Source: Patescibacteria group bacterium | Lineage (GTDB): Bacteria; Patescibacteriota; Patescibacteriia; JBHPGJ01 | Reading direction: 5' to 3' | DNA: 64,000 bases | NCBI GenBank assembly: GCA_042570545.1 | Contig: JBHPGJ010000005.1 | Location: 5,529-69,528, forward strand | In this document: piece by piece, positions 52,178-61,518 of the stretch | How the letters are laid out: each line of letters starts with the position of its first letter | How positions within the stretch are numbered: position 1 is the stretch's first letter | The notes under the pieces: generated by a model | The model's input: only the letters and a program-made list of their open reading frames with translations | Database searches by the model: none | What the model was told of the DNA's origin: nothing | Translations under genes and position numbers: made by a program

Positions 52178-52300
52178 TTAATTTATAGATCTATCCCACT
52201 GTATGGAATTCCAAGCGCGTTCATGTAAATAATAAAAAATAGATGTGGCCTTGGTTGGGCTGCGCTGCTGATCATCTGCATTTATATCACCGTTAGTCAT
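52178..52300 (-). pseudogene. 40-codon ORF / remnant of a DUF2061-family gene
   Basis: Manual translation MTNGDINADDQQRSPTKATSIFYYLHERAWNSIQWDRSIN*; YYxHERxW...W is the DUF2061 C-terminal motif. The N-terminal SWR half and TM helices are missing. Confidence 0.7.
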
Positions 52301-53249
52301 TATCTTTCTTATTCTCAAAGATATCTTTTATGGCGTAAGCTTTACGATTACCATTAAAGTATGTTTTAACAGCAATATCAGCCAATAGGCCGGAAACAAA
52401 TAATTGGATACCCGCTAGTACCAGAAAAAAAGCTACTAACGGCCAAATGCGATTAGCTAATGAAAAGCTGTAAAAGTATCTTAAGACGAATAATATTATT
52501 CCCAAAACCGATCCTGATAGTATAAGTAGGAGCCCAACACCGCCAAATAAATGTAGTGGACGAGACGCATATTTACGCCAAAACCAGACCGAAAGCATGT
52601 CAACAAAACCTTTAACAATACGGCGCCAACTATACTTAGTCTGACCGGCTACCCGGGGACGATGATTAACTTTTATTTCACCGATGCGAAAACCTTGCCA
52701 TCTTAGCATGGCCGGAATAAAACGATGCATCTCGCCAAATAAAGTTAATTTATGAAAACATTCACGCCGGTATGCTTTCAGAGTACAACCCGAATCATGA
52801 ATATTATCCTTTATTAAAATACTACGAAGAGTGTTAGCACCGCGTGAAATAAAATTCTTTGAAGCTGAATCTTTACGTTGCCAGCGCCAACCAGATACCA
52901 CGTCATACCCTTCATTGATCTTATTGATTAGCCGGGGAATATCTTTAGGATCATTTTGCCGGTCCGCATCCATAGTTACTATGATCTCACCAGCGGCTTC
53001 ATGAAAACCGGCATCCATTGCTGCTGTCTGGCCGAAATTTTTTCTAAAACGAATAATTTTTACCGGTCTTAAGGTTTTTAATTTCTTAAAAGTGTCATCC
53101 GACGAACCGTCATCGATAAATATAATTTCAAATGGCTGGTTTAAAGTGTTCATTACTGAAGTAATTTCCTGATGCAGCTGAATGACATTTTCTTGTTCGT
53201 TATATGTCGGAATTACCAATGAATATTTTATTTCCTCAATGTTGGTCAT
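52293..53249 (-). CDS. GT2 ArnC/GtrB-like polyprenyl-phosphate glycosyltransferase
   Basis: IDDGSSD.T, RKNFGQTAA, MDADRQNDP, DSGCTLKAYR, GEMHRFIP, two C-terminal TMs. Confidence 0.92.
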   Translation of the reverse strand: MTNIEEIKYSLVIPTYNEQENVIQLHQEITSVMNTLNQPFEIIFIDDGSSDDTFKKLKTLRPVKIIRFRKNFGQTAAMDAGFHEAAGEIIVTMDADRQNDPKDIPRLINKINEGYDVVSGWRWQRKDSASKNFISRGANTLRSILIKDNIHDSGCTLKAYRRECFHKLTLFGEMHRFIPAMLRWQGFRIGEIKVNHRPRVAGQTKYSWRRIVKGFVDMLSVWFWRKYASRPLHLFGGVGLLLILSGSVLGIILFVLRYFYSFSLANRIWPLVAFFLVLAGIQLFVSGLLADIAVKTYFNGNRKAYAIKDIFENKKDND

Positions 53250-54202
53250 GTTCGATTATCCTTATACCATTTGATAAATTTATTCATACCGTCGGCGAAG
53301 CCGGTTTGCGGATTAAAATTTAATAATTGTTTAGCCTTGGTGATATCAGAATATGTTTGGTTAACATCACCTGGCTGCATCGGCAGTTGTTTTATTTTAG
53401 CTTTCTTGCCTAAAGCACTTTCTACAATATTTATAAATTCATTTAGAGTAACTGTGTTTGAATTACCAAGATTAATAATCTTAAAGCCAAAGTTTTTATC
53501 TAAGGTAGCCAATACCCCATCAATAATGTCGTCAATATAGGTATAATCTCGTCTTGTTTCACCCGTACCAAATTTTTTTAGTTCTTTGTCATTCCAGATC
53601 CATTCCGTAAATAGATATGGTGCCATATCCGGCCGTCCTTTTGGCCCGTAGACCGTAAAAAATCTTAGACAAACAGTGTCAATGTCATATAAGTGATGAT
53701 AAGTAGACATTAATAATTCACCCGCTCGCTTAGTCGCTGCGTATGGCGAGATAGGACGATCAACTGAATCTTTTTCTGAAAAAGGAACCTTTTTTTGATT
53801 ACCATACACTGATGAAGAAGAAGCAAATATAAACTTCTTTATTCCATTTTGACGAGCCAGTTCCAATAAGTTTTGGGTCCCATTAACATTTACACGAGTA
53901 TAGAGCTGGGGAAACTTAAGTGAAGGCCTGACTCCTGCTCGAGCGGCGATATGAATTATGGCATCAATATTTTCAAATTGCCCGAAAGCTGACTGTAATT
54001 TATCCCAGTCAGCAATATCTACTTTTATTAAAATGTAGTTCTTATGAACCTTAAATAATTCTATATTCTCGTGTTTATAACGAGGATTATAGTAATCATT
54101 AAAATCATCAATACAGATAACACGATGCCCTCGTTCGAGTAGAGCTTCGGTCAGATGTGAACCAATAAAACCAGCTCCACCAGTCAACAAATAAGTTTTC
54201 AT
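53246..54202 (-). CDS. UDP-glucuronate 4-epimerase-like SDR
   Basis: AARAGVRPS, ASSSSVYG, PISPYAATK, RFFTVYGP.GRPDMA, QPGDV. Confidence 0.9.
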   Translation of the reverse strand: MKTYLLTGGAGFIGSHLTEALLERGHRVICIDDFNDYYNPRYKHENIELFKVHKNYILIKVDIADWDKLQSAFGQFENIDAIIHIAARAGVRPSLKFPQLYTRVNVNGTQNLLELARQNGIKKFIFASSSSVYGNQKKVPFSEKDSVDRPISPYAATKRAGELLMSTYHHLYDIDTVCLRFFTVYGPKGRPDMAPYLFTEWIWNDKELKKFGTGETRRDYTYIDDIIDGVLATLDKNFGFKIINLGNSNTVTLNEFINIVESALGKKAKIKQLPMQPGDVNQTYSDITKAKQLLNFNPQTGFADGMNKFIKWYKDNRT

Positions 54203-54240
54203 AGAAAAATATTAATAAAACAATGCAAAAACTGAGCACA

Positions 54241-54321
54241 ACTATAACAGAAAATTAGGTGAGTGTAAAGATGCGAAAATAAGTGTTTTTTGTTGTAAAC
54301 AATGGTTTTTTAAATTACTAT
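54241..54321. promoter_or_regulatory. Divergent sigma70-like promoter pair
   Basis: Minus strand: TTTACA, 17 bp, TATAGT (54269-54241). Plus strand: TTGTAA, 17 bp, TACTAT (54293-54321), 6 nt before the ATG at 54328. Confidence 0.5.
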
Positions 54322-54327
54322 TAGTTT

Positions 54328-54711
54328 ATGAACCAAACCAACTTTAAACAAGAAACGTCTTGGCACAAACTGTTAGCTGATTTATTTCTGGCCTCTTTAT
54401 TAATAGCTTTTATTATCATTACTTTTGACAAATTAGTACCGGGAATATTTATCGATAAATTACCAATGACATTATTTTTTGGACTGCCAGTAATTTTAGC
54501 TATACCGCTAATGATTATTAAATCGGATCAACAAAAAATTAATAATAAATTATTAGTAACAATATTTTTGATCTTTGGGATTATAATGATAATAACAATA
54601 CCGACTACTCTCATTGTCAAGATTATTTTTACCCTGATAGTTACAATGCTAGCTGTCGGATTGTATATAATCACTTCGAATAAAAATAATTTTAATCAAT
54701 ACAATCGGTGA
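54328..54711 (+). CDS. Small 4-TM hypothetical protein
   Basis: 127 aa, hydrophobic; overlaps the next gene by 4 bp. Confidence 0.65.
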   Translation: MNQTNFKQETSWHKLLADLFLASLLIAFIIITFDKLVPGIFIDKLPMTLFFGLPVILAIPLMIIKSDQQKINNKLLVTIFLIFGIIMIITIPTTLIVKIIFTLIVTMLAVGLYIITSNKNNFNQYNR

Positions 54712-56279
54712 ATAGAAATACATTAATCGTCTGGACTGTAGCAGGAGTGTTTTTTATATTGACTAGCTGGCCGGGAATATATCATGCCGGAGGTTATACT
54801 TCACCTGACGAAGAAATTAATTACATTGCTGCCGAATCATTTAGCGAGAATGGTAATTTTCTATTAGGTAACGCTTTAGCCGAAGACGATTTGGGTACCG
54901 TTAAACCCAGAAACGCCCAAATAGTAAATAATTATATTGTGCCCTTAAGTTTTTTAGGCTTCCCATTAATAATGGGAATCACGGCTAAGATATTTGGCAG
55001 CTGGATTATCTCATTAATAACGCCGCTTATAGTATCATTTGGCTTGGTGGCATTTTATTTTTTAGTGAAAAGTTATTGGGGCGAATTTATTGGCTTAGTA
55101 GGCTTTATATTGTTAACGATATTTCCCGGTTTATTATTTTTTACCTATAAAGGCCTTTGGCACAATGCCGTGTTTATCAGTTTACTGATAATTTCATTTT
55201 TTATGGCTGTGATTTACAAAAAGAAAGAAAGTTGGTGGGTAATAATTGTAGCAGGCGGTTTTTTTGGTCTAGCCATAACCATTAGAACAAGTGAATTGGT
55301 TTGGTTGATCCCCCTGATGATATTATGGCTTACTATTGCTTTGAGGAATATTAACTTAAAGAAAATTTTTACGTTTATTATTATTACCATCGTCTTCACC
55401 TTACCAATACTGTATTTTAATAGCCAAACTTTTGGTGGACCATTATCATTTGGCTACACGGCCGCTTTAGAAAGAGAGGGTAGCATTGTGTCAGAGACCA
55501 GTACATTCACCAGAGCGGTCAATCTATTAATACCATCGGATAATAAACTGTCAAATTATATCGACAATGGCCAAAGGTACATTGTTGAATTTTCACCACT
55601 TTACTTTTTGTTAATAATGTTAGGCCTCTTGAGTTTAATAGTAAAAAAAATAAATCAACAATTAAAAATATGGCTTATAATTATGTTCTTAGTTTCCGTC
55701 TGGTTGTTTTGGTATTATGCTGGAACAATATACTACGGGGGCACCACCACGGCTGATGGCCCAATTATTGGTTCATCTTATATCAGATACTTTTTGCCAA
55801 TGACGGTATTGGTAATGCCCATCGCCGCCAGTGGCATTAAATGGATTATTGATCTATATCGCGGCAAGACCAGGCAACTTTTATTAGCAGCAATTATTAC
55901 TATATTATTAATATCTTCAGTTCATATATTATTGTTTGATTCACAAAGTGGTCTGATAAAATATTTTAACGAAGATATTCCCCAAATTAACGAAGCTAGT
56001 GAATCGGTAATTAATTTAACCGAAACCGATGCCATAATAATTGCCGGCGCCAAAGATAAATTATTTTTTCCAGAACGAAGTGTTATTGGGTATAATGATA
56101 TATCCGATAAGCACCTGAAAACTATCAGTAAACTAATTGGTGAATATGATCTATATTACAATGATATTGCTGAGCGCGATCTTACAACATTGAGCGAACT
56201 TGCGGCTGATAATAATTATTCTTTAAAATCGGTTGGAAATATTGGACAAGATATATTATATAAATTTGTAAAAAACTAA
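54708..56279 (+). CDS. GT-C (ArnT/PMT-like) membrane glycosyltransferase
   Basis: SPDE motif after TM1, LAITIR, FGGPL.FGY, RYFLP; about 11 TMs. Confidence 0.78.
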   Translation: MNRNTLIVWTVAGVFFILTSWPGIYHAGGYTSPDEEINYIAAESFSENGNFLLGNALAEDDLGTVKPRNAQIVNNYIVPLSFLGFPLIMGITAKIFGSWIISLITPLIVSFGLVAFYFLVKSYWGEFIGLVGFILLTIFPGLLFFTYKGLWHNAVFISLLIISFFMAVIYKKKESWWVIIVAGGFFGLAITIRTSELVWLIPLMILWLTIALRNINLKKIFTFIIITIVFTLPILYFNSQTFGGPLSFGYTAALEREGSIVSETSTFTRAVNLLIPSDNKLSNYIDNGQRYIVEFSPLYFLLIMLGLLSLIVKKINQQLKIWLIIMFLVSVWLFWYYAGTIYYGGTTTADGPIIGSSYIRYFLPMTVLVMPIAASGIKWIIDLYRGKTRQLLLAAIITILLISSVHILLFDSQSGLIKYFNEDIPQINEASESVINLTETDAIIIAGAKDKLFFPERSVIGYNDISDKHLKTISKLIGEYDLYYNDIAERDLTTLSELAADNNYSLKSVGNIGQDILYKFVKN

Positions 56280-56292
56280 ATTAGGTAACAAT

Positions 56293-57753
56293 TTGAATAA
56301 GTCATTATATTTAACTTTAAAAACCCTAATATGGCTTACGCCAATAGTAGTATTAGTTTGGATAAGTAATATTATTATAATCCCTGAAGGTGAAGTATCA
56401 TTTACTTACGACCAATCAGACGAAGAAAGTGTGATTACTGGTTTTAATAAGCGTGAAAAATATTCCGCTGAATATTTAAAGCAAAACAATACAGTCAGAG
56501 ACATAAATGCTGATCAAGCAAATTTTTTTATTAATCAATTAGTACCCTTTACTGATATTGAGATTTCTCTTGATATAACCAGAATTTCTAGCCGAATATA
56601 TTTAACTTCCGTAGGGAAGCCAGGTTTGGGATTAATAAGACAGCCATTATACTTACCATTACTTGACGACTATAATAACTGGACGATTGTTGAAGATGAT
56701 AGTTTGTCGTTGTGGCAGAGAGAAAATAAATATAATAATATAGCTGATTTCCTAAGTTCGCCACCACCAGCCGACACAATAAGTGTTGAGAGTGTCAGGA
56801 TTAAAGAACCTAATTTTGAAAATATTGATATAAAATTGGAAGATAAAATATTTAATCTTCCTTTAAGGGGTTCCCACAGTTTTTACGTAAATGTACCAAG
56901 TAATAAATTGTTTTTAGAAATAAGTAAGACCGATTTAAATAAATTAACTGGACCTGACCGGTTAACAGTTGATATTTATGATAAGAATAATAAAATTGTT
57001 CATAGTCAGATCATTGGTGATGACGGTGACGAAACGCCGAGTGAAATATTAGGCAAGACGCAAATTAATGTGATTGAGTTGACTAATTTGCCTGATCGGA
57101 TTTATAGAATGGAAATAGCTGCCAATGACGATGTGATAATTGACTCGATAAAAACTAATAATGAATTAGTAATCTATCGACAGTTAAAATTATTTGATAA
57201 AGAAGATGAAAATAATATAGTTGAGGCCAGAGGTTTTCATCTAGTAATTATTAATGATGGTCAGAATGATGCTCGAATTTCTCTGGATGATAAAATCGTT
57301 TCAGTTAAACCTGATGAAAGTAAGATAATAAATATTGATGAAATTGTGACTATCGAAAATCTTAATAAGGTCCCCGTCAGGTATATAACTGACGGTGGTT
57401 TTATAGATCGGGACTTTAATTACTTTGATTATCAATATGGTTATGGCTTGTTGCCTAAAGAAATAGCTGATCAAATTGGAGTTGATTATGTATTAGCCAA
57501 TTATCGTCAACCAGAAAAAGTAAATGAATTAACACGGACCAAAGCCTCATACCAACTGAATGATTTATTCTACACAGATGCCGGTTATAATTTTATTATT
57601 AATATAGAACAAGATAATTTACTACCCATGGCCCTCGGCCAAGTAACATATACCACCACTCGACCGCAAATTTCTTCAATAAACTTACCAGAGCTGGCTA
57701 AAAACATGTTTAAATTTTTAAAAAGTGTCTGGCGCATACAAGTAGCAAATTAA
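56293..57753 (+). CDS. Membrane-anchored extracytoplasmic hypothetical protein
   Basis: 486 aa, N-terminal TM, acidic body; no recognised motif. Confidence 0.7.
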   Translation: MNKSLYLTLKTLIWLTPIVVLVWISNIIIIPEGEVSFTYDQSDEESVITGFNKREKYSAEYLKQNNTVRDINADQANFFINQLVPFTDIEISLDITRISSRIYLTSVGKPGLGLIRQPLYLPLLDDYNNWTIVEDDSLSLWQRENKYNNIADFLSSPPPADTISVESVRIKEPNFENIDIKLEDKIFNLPLRGSHSFYVNVPSNKLFLEISKTDLNKLTGPDRLTVDIYDKNNKIVHSQIIGDDGDETPSEILGKTQINVIELTNLPDRIYRMEIAANDDVIIDSIKTNNELVIYRQLKLFDKEDENNIVEARGFHLVIINDGQNDARISLDDKIVSVKPDESKIINIDEIVTIENLNKVPVRYITDGGFIDRDFNYFDYQYGYGLLPKEIADQIGVDYVLANYRQPEKVNELTRTKASYQLNDLFYTDAGYNFIINIEQDNLLPMALGQVTYTTTRPQISSINLPELAKNMFKFLKSVWRIQVAN

Positions 57754-57762
57754 AAAGTCATT

Positions 57763-57771
57763 TGATATAAT
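57763..57771 (+). promoter_or_regulatory. Extended -10, leaderless-type promoter for the rmlC-pfkB-ahcY-rmlBDA run
   Basis: TGaTATAAT ends 7 nt before the ATG at 57779. Confidence 0.5.
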
Positions 57772-57778
57772 ATTATTT

Positions 57779-58255
57779 ATGATTAGTGGAGTAATAATAA
57801 AGAAACTTAAAGTTCATCAAGACGTAATTGATAAAGATGAAGTTGTAAAGCAACCGGGGATCCTAATGGAAATCATCAGGAGTGATGAGGGACTTTTAAA
57901 AAAATTTGGTCAGAGTACGATGACCATAGCTTATAAAGATACTATTAAGGCGTTTCACTGGCATAAGAAGCAGGACGATCTGTGGTTTGTCGCTACTGGC
58001 AAAGCATTAATTGTGCTGCATGATTTACGCGAGAACTCAGAGACCAAAGGGGAGACAATGACCATTGAGGCTGGAGCAGGTAAATATAAATTAATAGTGA
58101 TACCCAATGGAGTCGCCCATGGTTATAAAGTACTGTCTGAGGAACCAGTGATGCTTTTCTACTATACTACCGAAACATACGATCCAAACAATCCTGACGA
58201 AGAACGAATTACGATGAATGACAATAGAATAAACTTTAATTGGTCAGAATATTAA
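57779..58255 (+). CDS. rmlC: dTDP-4-dehydrorhamnose 3,5-epimerase (RmlC-like)
   Basis: KAFHWH..QDD, L.DLR..S.T.G, IP.GVAHGY, PDE.R. Confidence 0.82.
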   Translation: MISGVIIKKLKVHQDVIDKDEVVKQPGILMEIIRSDEGLLKKFGQSTMTIAYKDTIKAFHWHKKQDDLWFVATGKALIVLHDLRENSETKGETMTIEAGAGKYKLIVIPNGVAHGYKVLSEEPVMLFYYTTETYDPNNPDEERITMNDNRINFNWSEY

Positions 58256-59212
58256 ATGAAAGAGCCAAACATCATCATCTATGGCTCAATGGCTCATGAC
58301 CGGATACTGAACTTTCCTGGACGTTTTGCTGATCATATTCTTAAGGATAAGATCCATGTCCTATCGGTAAGCTTTGGTATCAGTGAATTCAATGATAATT
58401 ATGGTGGTACCGCAGGTAATATCGCCTATAATCTTTCCCTGCTTAAACAACAAGCCAATATCATCGCCGCTATTGGTAAAGATGACGACAAGTATCGATT
58501 ATGGTTAAAATTTAATAATCTTAGCCAGGCCGGAATTGAGGGAGTGCCTAACGAGCCGACAGCGCTTGTTTATATATTTACTGACCGAGATGATAACCAA
58601 ATTGCTGGTTTTTATCCTGGGGCGATGAAAAAAACAGTGAAAGTAAGGCTAAGTGAAATGATGAAGAAAAATTCATTTAATTATTTATTATTAGCACCAG
58701 GTAATAAGAACGATATAATCAGACTAGGCAGTGAAGCCCAAAAGTTAGAAATTCCTTATATGTTTGATCCCGGACAATCGTTACCACTGTTTAATAAATC
58801 AGAACTCAGAAAATTAATAGACGGAGCCGATATTCTTATTTCTAATGATTATGAATTAAGTATGATCGAAAAAATCACTGGTTGGAAGGCCGGTACTATT
58901 GAGGAAAAAGTACATATATTAATAACTACCTTAGGTCCCAAGGGGTCAGTCGTCAGACACGGCAAAAAATGTTATCGTATATCGGCTGGTAAGCCTAAGA
59001 ACGAATCAGATCCAACCGGAGCCGGAGATGCATTTCGCGCGGGTTTTCTTACCGGGTATTTGAACGGTAAAGATTTAAAAGATTCAGCCCGTCTTGGCTC
59101 AACTGTCAGTCTTTACACAGTTGAGAAATATGGCACCCAAACGCATCAATTCAACTTAAAACAAATTAAAAATAGATATTATAAAAATTATAAGAGTAAA
59201 ATAAGTTTATGA
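58256..59212 (+). CDS. PfkB-family nucleoside (adenosine) kinase
   Basis: GS.AHD, GGTAGNIAY, FYPGAM, FDPGQ, NDYE, DPTGAGDAFRAG, GTQ.H (pattern of bacterial adenosine kinases); upstream of ahcY. Confidence 0.82.
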   Translation: MKEPNIIIYGSMAHDRILNFPGRFADHILKDKIHVLSVSFGISEFNDNYGGTAGNIAYNLSLLKQQANIIAAIGKDDDKYRLWLKFNNLSQAGIEGVPNEPTALVYIFTDRDDNQIAGFYPGAMKKTVKVRLSEMMKKNSFNYLLLAPGNKNDIIRLGSEAQKLEIPYMFDPGQSLPLFNKSELRKLIDGADILISNDYELSMIEKITGWKAGTIEEKVHILITTLGPKGSVVRHGKKCYRISAGKPKNESDPTGAGDAFRAGFLTGYLNGKDLKDSARLGSTVSLYTVEKYGTQTHQFNLKQIKNRYYKNYKSKISL

Positions 59213-60465
59213 AATACGATATTAAGGATATTAAACTGGCAAAAAAAGGTTATAAAAGGATCATGTGGGCAAATAATAACATGCCCGTGTTGTCTGAGAT
59301 CAGGAAAAGATTTAATAAGACCAAACCATTAAAAGGAGTGAAACTAGCGGCCTGTCTTCACGTCACTACTGAAACTGCTAATCTGATGCGGACATTAAAA
59401 GATGGCGGAGCCAGTGTGGTATTATGTGCTTCAAATCCACTTTCGACACAGGATGATGTAGCAGCATCTTTAGTTAAAGATTTTGATATTCCCACCTTTT
59501 CAATAAGAGCAGAAAACCGGAAGGTGTACTATGAGCACCTTAAGGCTGCTCTCGACACAAAGCCGCACATCACGATGGATGACGGCGCTGATCTTTTCAC
59601 CGAATTAGTGAAAAATAGACAAGGGCAACTAAAAGATGTCTGGGGCTCGACCGAAGAAACCACTACTGGTGTTATCAGGCTTAAAAGTATGGAAAAACAG
59701 GGTGTGTTGCCAGTGCCGGTAATCGCGGTGAATGACTCACAGACCAAGCACCTTTTTGATAATCGTTACGGCACCGGACAATCAACGATCGATGGCATAC
59801 TTCGAGCGACGAATCTTCTGATCGCCGGCAGCACTTTTGTGATCTGTGGATATGGCTGGTGTGGTCGGGGGGTATCTATGCGTGCTAAAGGCATGGGCGC
59901 TGAAGTGGTAATTTGTGAAGTCGATCCCGTTAGGGCATTAGAGGCGCGGATGGATGGATTTCGGGTAATGCCGCTAACAAAGGCCGCGACAATCGGTAAT
60001 GTATTTGTGACAGTCACTGGTGATGCCAAAGTTATAACAAAAGAACATTTTGAAAAGATGAAAAACGGTGCTATCATAGCGAACGCCGGTCACTTTGACG
60101 TGGAAATAGATATCAAGGCACTAAAGAAAATGTCCAATAAATACTATGAAGCACGTAAAGAAGTTATGGCTTACGAAATATCAAGGAAAAAGACAGTTTA
60201 TGTGTTGGGCAGTGGTAGATTGATTAATCTGGCCGCGGCTGAAGGACACCCCGCCATGGTGATGGATATGAGTTTTGCCAATCAAGCACTAGCCGCTGAA
60301 CATATTAAAAATAATCATAAACAACTTGATGATATAGTTTACACGCTGCCTAATGAAATAGATGAATTTATAGCTACACTTAAGTTAAAAACTATGGGCA
60401 TAAAAACGGATAAATTGACCGACGAACAGGAGAAATATCTTAGCTCCTGGAAAATTGGGACCTAA
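59209..60465 (+). CDS. ahcY: S-adenosylhomocysteine hydrolase
   Basis: CLHVT.ETA, SNPLSTQD, EETTTG, K.LFDNRYGTGQS, GYGWCGRG, GHFD.EI, GHP..VMDMSFANQ. Confidence 0.97.
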   Translation: MKYDIKDIKLAKKGYKRIMWANNNMPVLSEIRKRFNKTKPLKGVKLAACLHVTTETANLMRTLKDGGASVVLCASNPLSTQDDVAASLVKDFDIPTFSIRAENRKVYYEHLKAALDTKPHITMDDGADLFTELVKNRQGQLKDVWGSTEETTTGVIRLKSMEKQGVLPVPVIAVNDSQTKHLFDNRYGTGQSTIDGILRATNLLIAGSTFVICGYGWCGRGVSMRAKGMGAEVVICEVDPVRALEARMDGFRVMPLTKAATIGNVFVTVTGDAKVITKEHFEKMKNGAIIANAGHFDVEIDIKALKKMSNKYYEARKEVMAYEISRKKTVYVLGSGRLINLAAAEGHPAMVMDMSFANQALAAEHIKNNHKQLDDIVYTLPNEIDEFIATLKLKTMGIKTDKLTDEQEKYLSSWKIGT

Positions 60466-60468
60466 ACT

Positions 60469-61512
60469 ATGAAAATACTTGTTACCGGCGGTGCAGGTTT
60501 TATAGGCTCTAATTTTATCCATTACTGGATGCGAGAACATCCAGCTGATTCTATTATTAATTTGGACAAATTAACATACGCTGGAAATTTAGAGAATCTG
60601 GAGAGCATCGATAAAAATCCGAATTACGAATTTCACAAATTTGATATCACCTGCCGTAGGAATGGTGCCTATAATGATATGGATTTTCAAAAGCTGGTTG
60701 AGTTAGTTAAAAAGTGCGACGTCGTAGTACATTATGCAGCTGAGTCACACGTCGATCGTTCTATAGCTAGCGCCCAGGAATTTGTAATGACCAATGTCGT
60801 TGGCACCCAGCTGTTGCTCGAGGCAGCACTTGCAGCGGGAAAGAAACGCTTTCATCACGTTTCTACCGATGAAGTATTTGGTCAGCTGGCACTTGAAGAC
60901 AATACTAAATTTACTGAAACGACGCGCTATAATCCGAGAAATCCATATTCAGCATCAAAGGCGTCATCGGATCATTTTGTTCGGGCGTATTGTCATACTC
61001 ACGGTCTGCCAATTACAATAACAAACACGGAAAATAATTATGGGCCATATCAATATCCCGAGAAGCTTTTACCCTTGGCCATAACCAATCTATTAGAAGG
61101 TAAAAAGGTTCCTATCTATGGTGACGGTAAGTATATTCGTGATTGGCTATATGTTGATGATCATTGCCGGGCAATTGACCTGATATTAGAAAAGGGAAAG
61201 ATCGGCGAGACTTACTGTATTGGTGGACTGACCGAGGATGTTAACAATCTTGAATTAATACAAAAAGTTCTTGAGGTAATGAATAAGGATGATAATTCAC
61301 TAGAATTTGTTAAAGATAGACCTGGACATGACAGGCGTTATGCTGTTGATTGGACTAAGGCCAAAAATGAGCTGGGCTATGTACCAAAGCACAGTCTAGA
61401 TGAATATTTAGAAAAAACAGTTCAGTGGTATGAAGACAACGAGGCTTGGTGGAAAAGAATTAAAAGCGGAGAATATCTTGAATACTATAAAAAACAATAC
61501 GTCGAAAGGTAG
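60469..61512 (+). CDS. rmlB: dTDP-glucose 4,6-dehydratase
   Basis: DKLTYAGN, AAESHVDRS, STDEV, PYSASKA, DRPGHDRRY. Confidence 0.96.
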   Translation: MKILVTGGAGFIGSNFIHYWMREHPADSIINLDKLTYAGNLENLESIDKNPNYEFHKFDITCRRNGAYNDMDFQKLVELVKKCDVVVHYAAESHVDRSIASAQEFVMTNVVGTQLLLEAALAAGKKRFHHVSTDEVFGQLALEDNTKFTETTRYNPRNPYSASKASSDHFVRAYCHTHGLPITITNTENNYGPYQYPEKLLPLAITNLLEGKKVPIYGDGKYIRDWLYVDDHCRAIDLILEKGKIGETYCIGGLTEDVNNLELIQKVLEVMNKDDNSLEFVKDRPGHDRRYAVDWTKAKNELGYVPKHSLDEYLEKTVQWYEDNEAWWKRIKSGEYLEYYKKQYVER

Positions 61513-61518
61513 ACGATA

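Noticed and set aside
52174-52292. Riboswitch or attenuator upstream of cysD (GC-rich patch, short stem, U-run)
   Set aside because: No SAM or SAH riboswitch consensus recognised; the DUF2061 coding remnant explains the sequence better.
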